Source: a virus (Duplodnaviria; Heunggongvirae; Uroviricota; Caudoviricetes). Taken from it: a stretch of 27,803 nucleotides of DNA. The number at the start of each line of letters is the position of its first letter. Within the stretch, counting starts at the first letter, position 1. Shown piece after piece: positions 16,238-23,369 of the stretch. The notes beneath the pieces were generated by a model. The model did not search any database, was not told where the DNA came from, and saw nothing but the letters and a program-made list of their open reading frames with translations. Location: IMG/VR virus record IMGVR_UViG_2531839664_000018; one strand, 5' to 3'. The position numbers and the translations under genes are program-made.

Positions 16238-17794
16238 ATGAACAACACACTCCCCGACGACATCGAGCAACTGAAGGCCCTGCTGATCGCACAGCAGGCT
16301 GTTATCGTCCGTCTGTCTGGTGAAATAACCGGCTATGCCCGCGAGATCAGCTCACTCAGAGCGCTGGTCGCTAAACTGCAGAGAATGTTGTTCGGTCGCA
16401 GCAGCGAGAAAAGCCGCGAGAAGACAGAAAAGAAGATCGCACGGGCAGAAACGCGTATAACCGAGCTCCAGAACAGGCTTGGTGAGGCGCAGTTGCAACT
16501 CACCTCAATGGCCGGAGAGACAGCGCCGAAAACATCAGACTCTCCCGTCCGCAAAGCACTTCCGGCAACACTTCCCCGTGACAGGCAGGTTATCTCCCCG
16601 GCAGAAACCGAATGCCCCGTCTGCAGCGGCAAACTGAAACCGCTGGGAGAAAGCATCTCTGAACAACTGGATATCATCAACACCGCGTTCAGGGTAATCG
16701 AAACGGTTCGCCCAAAACTGGCCTGCAGCCGGTGCGACTGTATAGTTCAGGCTCCGCAGCCACCAAAACCCATCGAGCGCAGTTACGCCAGTCCGGCTCT
16801 GCTGGCCCGCATAATCATGGCTAAGTTCGCCGAGCATCTGCCGCTGTACCGTCAGTCGGAAATCTATGCCCGCCAGGGCGTGGAGCTGCACCGCAATACG
16901 ATGGGGCGCTGGGTTGACATCATGGGAGAGCAGCTTCGCCCGCTGTATGATGAACTGAAGCACTATGTGCTGATGGCGGGTAAAGTGCATGCCGGTGACA
17001 CGCCGGTAAATGTACTGGAGCCGGGTCAGGGTAAAACCCGTACCGGACGGCTGTGGGTCTATGTTCGTGACGATCGCAACGCCGGTTCGACCATGCCGGC
17101 AGCGGTGTGGTTCTCATACTCTCCCGACCGCAAAGGCATCCACCCACAGCAACATCTGGCGGACTACAGAGGTATCCTGCAGGCCGATGCATATGCGGGT
17201 TACAATGCTCTTTACGAAAGCGGTCAGGTAACCGAAGCGGCTTGTATGGCACATGCCCGACGCAAGATCCACGATGTACATGTCCGCCATCCAACGACAG
17301 TAACGGGAGAAGCGCTCCGTCGTATCGGGGAACTGTACGCTATCGAGGCTGAGATCCGCGGCAGTCCGGCAGAAGAGCGACTGGCGGTCAGAAAAGCCAG
17401 AACGGTACCGCTAATGCAGTCGTTGTATGAGTGGCTCCAGGGGCAGATGAGCACGCTGTCGCGCCACTCGGATACAGCGAAAGCGTTCACCTATCTGCTG
17501 AAGCAATGGGACGCTCTGAACGAATACTGCCGCAATGGCTGGGTGGAGATCGACAATAACCTGTGTGAAAACGCCCTCCGGGTAGTTGCACTGGGGCGGC
17601 GTAACTACATGTTCTTCGGCTCTGATGGTGGAGGCGAGAGTGCGGCAGTGATGTACAGCCTGATCGGTAGCTGCAAACTTAACGGAATCGAGCCGGAAAC
17701 GTGGCTACGCCACGTGATCAGTGTAATCAACACCTGGCCTGCCAACCGCGTGAAAGAGTTGTTGCCCTGGAATGTCACTCAATCTGTAAACTAA
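16238..17794 (+). CDS. IS66-family transposase TnpC
   Basis: 518 aa with N-terminal coiled-coil region, CxxC...CxxC zinc motif and DDE-type core; characteristic IS66 family length. Confidence 0.85.
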   Translation: MNNTLPDDIEQLKALLIAQQAVIVRLSGEITGYAREISSLRALVAKLQRMLFGRSSEKSREKTEKKIARAETRITELQNRLGEAQLQLTSMAGETAPKTSDSPVRKALPATLPRDRQVISPAETECPVCSGKLKPLGESISEQLDIINTAFRVIETVRPKLACSRCDCIVQAPQPPKPIERSYASPALLARIIMAKFAEHLPLYRQSEIYARQGVELHRNTMGRWVDIMGEQLRPLYDELKHYVLMAGKVHAGDTPVNVLEPGQGKTRTGRLWVYVRDDRNAGSTMPAAVWFSYSPDRKGIHPQQHLADYRGILQADAYAGYNALYESGQVTEAACMAHARRKIHDVHVRHPTTVTGEALRRIGELYAIEAEIRGSPAEERLAVRKARTVPLMQSLYEWLQGQMSTLSRHSDTAKAFTYLLKQWDALNEYCRNGWVEIDNNLCENALRVVALGRRNYMFFGSDGGGESAAVMYSLIGSCKLNGIEPETWLRHVISVINTWPANRVKELLPWNVTQSVN

Positions 17795-17826
17795 TTTTTA
17801 CCCCACGTCCTTCACGGTGCGCTTAC

Positions 17827-17834
17827 GTAGGTCA
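17827..17834. repeat. 8-bp target-site duplication (GTAGGTCA), right copy
   Basis: Identical to 15110-15117. Confidence 0.8.
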
Positions 17835-17956
17835 TACAGGTAAATGCTTTTATCGCCAATGGTGTAAAAGCCAATTTTTTTCGGTGATGGACAGCGATCA
17901 AGAACTTCCTGTAATTCGTTTAACCATGCCCGTTCTTTTTTTGTCAAAGTTGCCAT
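17827..17956 (-). pseudogene. 5' fragment of the small phage gene split by the IS66-family insertion
   Basis: ATG 17956 (AAGGA RBS) MATLTKKERAWLNELQEVLDRCPSPKKIGFYTIGDKSIYLYDL then runs into the IS end; reconstructed intact product would be 87 aa. Confidence 0.6.
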
Positions 17957-17957
17957 A

Positions 17958-18176
17958 TCAGTTTTCCTTATACGGATTAATTTTATTGTGCAGTGTGTTG
18001 AACGACGCCCATACAACGTCGGTATACAATTCAGTAACTGGCTCAATTATTTTCCCGATTGCCCAGACAAAAATTAGAGGGGATATCGGTATCATCAATA
18101 CGATAAACAGAATGAGAAACAAAAATTCTGTCGCCCTACTTTTTTGCGGATATTCTTTTCTGAATAATGTAGTCAT
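17958..18176 (-). CDS. Hypothetical membrane protein (72 aa)
   Basis: Hydrophobic core FLFLILFIVLMIPISPLIFVWAIG; stop abuts the next gene's ATG. Confidence 0.45.
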   Translation of the reverse strand: MTTLFRKEYPQKSRATEFLFLILFIVLMIPISPLIFVWAIGKIIEPVTELYTDVVWASFNTLHNKINPYKEN

Positions 18177-18208
18177 TTCTTACCGCCCTTTCGGGCGGCC
18201 TCCCGACA

Positions 18209-18421
18209 TTAATCGTTGTGGTAACTCATGGCTTCATTTGCAGCATCAACCGGATCAACCTCCCACCAGCAATAATTTGGTGCGTTTCCTTCAGGTGTCC
18301 ACGGTTCTAATTCATTTTTTGCCACATTCTCATCGCCAGTAATTTTAAAAATCTGCTCAGAGAATTTTCTTGCCCACTCGTTATATTTTTCCGCATTAAT
18401 GGCTTTCTGTGTATTTAACAT
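18209..18421 (-). CDS. Hypothetical protein (70 aa)
   Basis: ATG with GGAGG RBS; no family recognised. Confidence 0.5.
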   Translation of the reverse strand: MLNTQKAINAEKYNEWARKFSEQIFKITGDENVAKNELEPWTPEGNAPNYCWWEVDPVDAANEAMSYHND

Positions 18422-18526
18422 AAATATACCTCCAGTTAAGGATTAAATTTTATTTACAGTGCTGAACTTAATTATTCAGATTTGGATTATGCTTTCTCTT
18501 CACGAAGTTCCGATTGTTAATTTGGC

Positions 18527-18949
18527 TCACAACAGCACCTTCTGAAAATTACCCTGATAGAAAGCCAGTACACGCTGCATAGCTTCGCTCTTCCGGCACT
18601 CGCTACAGATTATGTTCAGACGCCTGTCGTAGCGGCGTATTTCTCCGTCTGGTAATGACCAGATAAGATCCGGATCAACCACAGATGGTTTCTTCACCTT
18701 TGCCCTAGATAGTTTTTTGCGGGCATTTTGCCAGTCCTTACGAGCCTGTTCAGACGGGAATAACCCGTAACCAGAGTTGTATACATCGCCACTGGCAACC
18801 AGCTCTCTGGCGAGAACGCTCATCAGATATCTTGTCGCACCTGTCTTGGCTTCCAGTTGCCGTAACGTCTCGCGCCCACTCTGGCGTACGAGTTCAACAA
18901 CCTGCCCTTTAATTTTCTCCCGCTCTTCTTGTGTAAAAACTTTTGCCAC
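18527..18949 (-). CDS. Hypothetical phage protein (140 aa), possible DNA-binding
   Basis: GTG start with GGAGG 4 nt upstream; position between replication gene and nin-like region. Confidence 0.45.
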   Translation of the reverse strand: MAKVFTQEEREKIKGQVVELVRQSGRETLRQLEAKTGATRYLMSVLARELVASGDVYNSGYGLFPSEQARKDWQNARKKLSRAKVKKPSVVDPDLIWSLPDGEIRRYDRRLNIICSECRKSEAMQRVLAFYQGNFQKVLL

Positions 18950-18989
18950 AAGCCCTCCTGAAAATTACCTCATGACCAGAAATTAACAC

Positions 18990-19952
18990 TTACCCCCTGA
19001 AGCCCGGCGGTATTTCAGTGTCCGGTTCAGAAATGTGATTCACGCAACGCTGCGCAGGCGAACGCCCCAGGCGGATAACCAGTTCATCCCATTTTTCCCG
19101 GAGTTTTGCCGGACTCATGATGTTTTTTACCCAGAACGAATCCCGCTGGAGACGCCCAAACATTTCACAAATTTGTCTGTGAGTTCTGCCATCCAGCATC
19201 CGCATTGTGCGAACGTCATTGGCCCATGCTGTCCAGTTGGGTTCTTTCGGTCTAGTGATCTCGCCATCATCGCTGGCCGCCTGCTCGTAAAGACTCACGA
19301 TTCGTCCCCAGATCCACTGTGCGCACACCAAATCTTCCTGACTTCCCCACTGGCGTTTTTTCGCACTGAACACAACCGCGTCAGGGTGTCGGGTTAAAAA
19401 ATCCTGTTCAGCCGTCTGCGGGTCCGGTTGCGAAGCGTCCGGACAAGAAGATCTTTTATCTGACGGATCAGGTTTTAATACTGACGGATCGGGGTCAATC
19501 ATCGCCCCCCTAATCGGCAGTTTTTTATCAACAGTTGATCCATCAAAATTTGACGGGTCAACCGTTGAGGGGTCAATATTTGACGGGTCAACTGTTAACG
19601 GGTCATTTTTTGCCGGGCTAATTTTTCTTTTCGGTTTATATGACTCACGCGCCGCCGCCGCAGCTGCTTCGAGTTTTTCCACATTAAGCCGATAGATATT
19701 GCTTACATTACGCCCACCGACCTTACGCTCTTCCTTCGTCAGCCAGCCCTCTTTCGCCAGTTCTGCAATAGCCGATTTCACTGTGGATTCACTTCTTGCA
19801 CCGATCTGACGCCGGATAGTTTCAATGGCAGGCCATGACACGCCCTCGTCATTGCTGTAGTCTGCAAGACGGGCCATAACCGCCACCCTGGATAAGATCA
19901 TGCCGGTGAAGGCGCACCCTTCCCAGACAAGACCATGAAGCTTGCTGCTCAT
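18990..19952 (-). CDS. Putative phage replication initiator/organiser with N-terminal winged-helix domain
   Basis: N-terminus SWPAIETIRRQIGARSESTVKSAIAELAKEGWL (wHTH), repetitive DPSxxD linker, conserved C-terminal domain; occupies the lambda O position. Start taken at ATG 19952 (GGGGG RBS) rather than ORF-track GTG 19967. Confidence 0.5.
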   Translation of the reverse strand: MSSKLHGLVWEGCAFTGMILSRVAVMARLADYSNDEGVSWPAIETIRRQIGARSESTVKSAIAELAKEGWLTKEERKVGGRNVSNIYRLNVEKLEAAAAAARESYKPKRKISPAKNDPLTVDPSNIDPSTVDPSNFDGSTVDKKLPIRGAMIDPDPSVLKPDPSDKRSSCPDASQPDPQTAEQDFLTRHPDAVVFSAKKRQWGSQEDLVCAQWIWGRIVSLYEQAASDDGEITRPKEPNWTAWANDVRTMRMLDGRTHRQICEMFGRLQRDSFWVKNIMSPAKLREKWDELVIRLGRSPAQRCVNHISEPDTEIPPGFRG

Positions 19953-19974
19953 AAAACCCCCGAACACCGTGCTT

Positions 19975-20400
19975 TTAGTGCATCACCACAGCATTCCCTG
20001 CCGGGCCGCCGCGATTCATCTGGTCATACAAAACAACCGCTGACGCAACAAAATCATCGACATCCTTCACCAGCCGCTCCCTCCGTTCGACGATCTCACG
20101 GTAATATTCAGAACTGTGGCTGCGCATACGGGCCACCAGCAAAGGCGGCATCGCCTTTTCGATCGCCGGTAACAGAGCCTGCATTTTTTCAACAGCATCA
20201 GGGGTGTCTTTATCCAGCCAACGGAAAATTTTCTGGGTATTACGGGCCAGGGCTTCCGGATGGCTGTCGTCATACAGTTCCGGGAACGTCATTCCCAGCT
20301 CGAAATACGCTTTGGTAATTTTCGCAGCCGGTACTTTTTCGCCGTCCGGATGCGCCCAGACATTCATCGCCATGCGGATGTGTTCATGCTTGATTTTCAT
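19975..20400 (-). CDS. YdaT-like protein in the cII position
   Basis: 141 aa starting MKIKHEHI...; start overlaps the cro-like stop (ATGA); family assignment from recall of Rac ydaS-ydaT organisation. Confidence 0.45.
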   Translation of the reverse strand: MKIKHEHIRMAMNVWAHPDGEKVPAAKITKAYFELGMTFPELYDDSHPEALARNTQKIFRWLDKDTPDAVEKMQALLPAIEKAMPPLLVARMRSHSSEYYREIVERRERLVKDVDDFVASAVVLYDQMNRGGPAGNAVVMH

Positions 20401-20699
20401 GAATCAACTCCATCAGATAAGCATGCACTACAATCACCTTCAGCATGAACTACATGTGTTTGCCCCAAACGAATGCCGCTCGCATACTCAGGCCAAATAA
20501 GCTCCCAATCATGAGGTCGTAGCTCCGCCCTACTTACTTGGCCTTCCGTCGCAGATTCGATCATAAGGGCGCGGGTTGGAGATATAGCTGTTCGTCCAGA
20601 CGCCATTTGCGATAAGTAAGATGGCGATACACCAAGTCTGGCCGCGAATTTCTTAGCATCACCAACCCTTAATGATTTAATAAACTCTTTTAATGTCAT
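20397..20699 (-). CDS. Cro/YdaS-like HTH regulator, first gene of the early operon
   Basis: 100 aa; HTH-like segment AKKFAARLGVSPSYLSQMASGRTAISPTRAL; strong RBS GAGGAAGG; divergent from the repressor-like gene. Confidence 0.6.
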   Translation of the reverse strand: MTLKEFIKSLRVGDAKKFAARLGVSPSYLSQMASGRTAISPTRALMIESATEGQVSRAELRPHDWELIWPEYASGIRLGQTHVVHAEGDCSACLSDGVDS

Positions 20700-20796
20700 A
20701 CCTTCCTCGGTTTAGTGTTTTTTTGCGAGTTTAGTGTTTAATAAACCATTGAGTCAAGTATTTGCTTGTTTAGTGATTACTAAAGATAATTACCAC
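20700..20796. promoter_or_regulatory. Divergent immunity-region promoter/operator interval with three direct repeats GTTTAGTG(T/A)T
   Basis: Repeats at 20710-20719, 20729-20738 and 20768-20777 in the 97-bp gap between divergent cro-like and repressor-like genes. Confidence 0.4.
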
Positions 20797-21168
20797 ATGC
20801 AAAAAAAAGAAATTCGCCGTTTACGTCTCAAGGAGTGGTTTAAAGATAAAACTCTGCCACCCAAAGAGAAGAGCTACCTATCTCAACTAATGAGTGGGAG
20901 AGCCTCGTTTGGAGAAAAGGCTGCCAGAAGAATAGAGCAAACATACGGGATGCCGGAAGGGTATCTGGATGCGGAATACGCAGAACAACCGGGGGTTTCT
21001 CCACCACATGCAGGGTTAACGTCTAATCAACTGGAATTATTGCAGATTTTTTCAGCCTTCCCTGAGGATGAGCAACGCCAGATAATCAGCGAGTTAAAGC
21101 AGAAAAAAGAATCAATGGAAGATCTCATAGCGAGATGGATTGCGGCGCAAAAATGCCGCCGCGCCTGA
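20797..21168 (+). CDS. Phage repressor-like HTH regulator (PaaR-like; DicA-like C-terminal region)
   Basis: 123 aa from ATG 20797; C-terminal LELLQIFSAFPEDEQRQIISELK resembles DicA-type repressor C-termini; first gene of a three-gene plus-strand operon. Confidence 0.6.
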   Translation: MQKKEIRRLRLKEWFKDKTLPPKEKSYLSQLMSGRASFGEKAARRIEQTYGMPEGYLDAEYAEQPGVSPPHAGLTSNQLELLQIFSAFPEDEQRQIISELKQKKESMEDLIARWIAAQKCRRA

Positions 21169-21188
21169 GTTATAAAACCGGAGGAAAC

Positions 21189-21380
21189 ATGAATAGAGCC
21201 CTTTCACCAATGGTTTCTGAATTTGAAACCATTGAACAAGAAAACAGTTACAACGAATGGCTGCGTGCGAAAGTAGCAACGAGCCTTGCAGATCCGCGCC
21301 CAGCAATTCCCCATGACGAAGTTGAGCGCAGAATGGCAGAACGCTTTGCTAAGATGCGCAAGGAACGGAGCAAGCAGTAA
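21189..21380 (+). CDS. Small antitoxin (PaaA-like) partnered with ParE-family toxin
   Basis: 63 aa MNRALSPMVSEFETIEQENSYNEWLRAKVATSLADPRPAIPHDEVERRMAERFAKMRKERSKQ; GGAGG RBS; stop 1 nt before toxin ATG. Confidence 0.6.
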   Translation: MNRALSPMVSEFETIEQENSYNEWLRAKVATSLADPRPAIPHDEVERRMAERFAKMRKERSKQ

Positions 21381-21381
21381 A

Positions 21382-21660
21382 ATGTTACCCGTGTTATGGC
21401 TTGAAAGCGCAGATACCGACCTAGATGATATAACTAGTTATATTGCTCGTTTCGACATAGATGCGGCTGAACGCTTATGGCAGCGATTAAGGGGTTGTGT
21501 GCTGCCGTTATCCGAACATCCGTATTTATACCCACCAAGCGACAGAGTACCTGGCTTGCGTGAGATTGTAGCCCACCCTAACTATATAATTCTATACCGC
21601 GTAACAACATCAAGCGTTGAAGTAGTAAACGTGATCCACGCAAGACGCCAGTTTCCCTAA
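21382..21660 (+). CDS. parE: ParE/RelE-superfamily toxin
   Basis: 92 aa MLPVLWLESADTDLDDITSYIARFDIDAAERLWQRLRGCVLPLSEHPYLYPPSDRVPGLREIVAHPNYIILYRVTTSSVEVVNVIHARRQFP: ParE-type motif pattern. Confidence 0.75.
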   Translation: MLPVLWLESADTDLDDITSYIARFDIDAAERLWQRLRGCVLPLSEHPYLYPPSDRVPGLREIVAHPNYIILYRVTTSSVEVVNVIHARRQFP

Positions 21661-21678
21661 CTTTCACTACCAATAGAA

Positions 21679-21745
21679 ACATAACAACCGCAACGACTTT
21701 ATCAAAAGCGTTGTGTTTGTTATGTCCCGCGGTTTAGTTTTTACT
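21679..21745 (+). terminator. Imperfect stem-loop plus T-rich tract downstream of the toxin gene (possible operon terminator)
   Basis: 17-nt arms ACATAACAACCGCAACG / CGTTGTGTTTGTTATGT (15 of 17 complementary) then GGTTTAGTTTTTAC, which also contains a fourth GTTTAGT motif. Confidence 0.35.
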
Positions 21746-22090
21746 TGACTTAAGTTTAATGTTTATTAAACTAAAAATACCAACCCACCCCGCCCCACAG
21801 AACGCAGGGAAATACTTCGAGTTACCCGGCAGTGGTCAGGGGTTAAGTAGCCAGCCCGAGGCGTATGAACATGACGGCAGGGTTCAACTTTAATAACTAT
21901 GCAGCAGGTTTTTGTTCCGCTACCCCGGCGTTAAGGGGAAACAGAGGGTTTCTCAGTGGGCGAAGTCAAACATCAGAATGGAAGGCATCCCGGGATCGGC
22001 AAAGAAGCAGCAATGGCGCTTTATATTGACATCAGCGCCATTGCAGGACAGGTAAGAGTTATCAGAGCGGTAACTAAGCGGTATGCGCCT

Positions 22091-22291
22091 TTACTTCAGA
22101 AAGTCTCTGGTGAGTGCACCGAAGATATTGTCAACGATTTCGTCATCGAACTGCGAGGACTCATCTTCAGTTACAAGGTGACCACAATTTTTGCAGATGG
22201 CTCCCGCGAAACTGTCAGAGCCCTGCGGCTTAAAGGATGTGTCAAAGACTTCGCCACCACATTCTGGGCAAGAAAACTTGATTGTATTCAT
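22091..22291 (-). CDS. Small zinc-ribbon protein (66 aa) on the strand opposite to the flanking operon
   Basis: MNTIKFSCPECGGEVFDTSFKPQGSDSFAGAICKNCGHLVTEDESSQFDDEIVDNIFGALTRDFLK; paired CxxC motifs 18 residues apart; GAGAGGAAA RBS. Preferred over the overlapping plus-strand 118-aa ORF. Confidence 0.45.
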   Translation of the reverse strand: MNTIKFSCPECGGEVFDTSFKPQGSDSFAGAICKNCGHLVTEDESSQFDDEIVDNIFGALTRDFLK

Positions 22292-23024
22292 AACCAATTT
22301 CCTCTCGAGTAACAGCCCCCTCAGAGGATACCACCTCGCCTGACGTGGTTAAAAGCAGGCTGAAAATCTGTCCGCTCTGGAGCAGGATATCACCAGGCTG
22401 GAAAAAGCAGCGGCATTAAGCATTGCCAGAATGATTACATACCCGCGTTAATAGCTAACCAACGAAGCTAAGGTTGGTAATTAAGGAGTTCTCCACGGGT
22501 GAGGTGGAGTGCGTGCGCCGGACACGGGTGAGCATACGGCACTGACAGTTTACTGAAAGGATATTTCCCTGAAAAGTCAGACCATAACGCGAAAGCGCAC
22601 GGCGAGGTAGCTGGTTCATAGATAGCCTGTCGTTAAATTTTCGTCGACCGTGCGCTTCCGGTTGTGGCAATCCGCGAAATGGCGCGGCGGTAAGTATGGA
22701 GGGGTTATTCCTTCCCCCGTTGAGGACACCGGGTTGTCAGGTTGACCATACGCTTAAGTGACAACCCCGCTGCAACGCCCTCTGTTATCAATTTTCTGGT
22801 GACGTTTGGCGGTATCAGTTTTACTCCGTGACTGGTCTGCCGCCCTTTTTAAAGTGAGTTTTGTGATGCGGTGAATGCGGCTGAGCGCACGCGGAACAGT
22901 TAAAACCAAAAACAGTGTTATGGGTGGGTTCTCTGTATCCGGCGTTAATTGTTAACTGGTTAACGTCACCTGGAGGCACCAGGCACCGCATCAACAAAGT
23001 TCATTTGTAAAAATGGAGATAATT

Positions 23025-23246
23025 ATGATTGCTCATCACTTCGGAACTGATGAGATTCCTCGTCAGTGCGTGACTCCCGGTGATTATGTTATTCATAAAG
23101 GAAGAACATATATTGCTTCGGTAAACAACATTAAAAAACAACGGCTCTATATTCGTGATTTTTCCACACAACACTGTATTAAGGAAACCATGATTAAAGT
23201 CTTCCTTGGTCGTGATGGTTTACCTGTAAAAGCAGAGTCATGGTGA
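23025..23246 (+). CDS. Kil-like small protein (KilR-family, putative host cell-division inhibitor)
   Basis: 73 aa from ATG 23025 (GGAG RBS): [46 protein letters not shown]...[14 protein letters not shown]; size and position upstream of the exonuclease match Rac kilR as recalled. Confidence 0.5.
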   Translation: MIAHHFGTDEIPRQCVTPGDYVIHKGRTYIASVNNIKKQRLYIRDFSTQHCIKETMIKVFLGRDGLPVKAESW

Positions 23247-23369
23247 GCAGTAATAAAATAACTGCCACAATACGACATTCAGCTTAATGAATACATCAGA
23301 TTTGATTCTTATATGCCAGCAATGGCAGGGATTTGTTCATCCTTAAATCTGTCATGAGGTTAAAACAAA

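Larger units (their letters stand above)
15118..17826 (+). mobile_element. IS66-family insertion sequence (2709 bp, tnpA-tnpB-tnpC), complete
   Basis: Imperfect terminal IRs beginning GTAAGCGC at both ends; three-ORF IS66 organisation; perfect 8-bp TSD. Confidence 0.85.

Noticed and set aside
16333-17490. Several minus-strand ORFs inside the IS66-family tnpC
   Set aside because: Antisense to a well-supported transposase gene; Arg/Cys-rich compositions typical of GC-rich antisense frames.
21956-22312. Plus-strand 118-aa ORF
   Set aside because: Fully overlaps the minus-strand 66-aa ORF, which has paired CxxC zinc-ribbon motifs and a better RBS; one is probably an antisense artefact. The choice is not certain.
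22455-22670. Minus-strand 71-aa ORF in the structured non-coding interval
   Set aside because: Arg-rich, low-complexity translation without RBS or motifs; the region is more plausibly non-coding.
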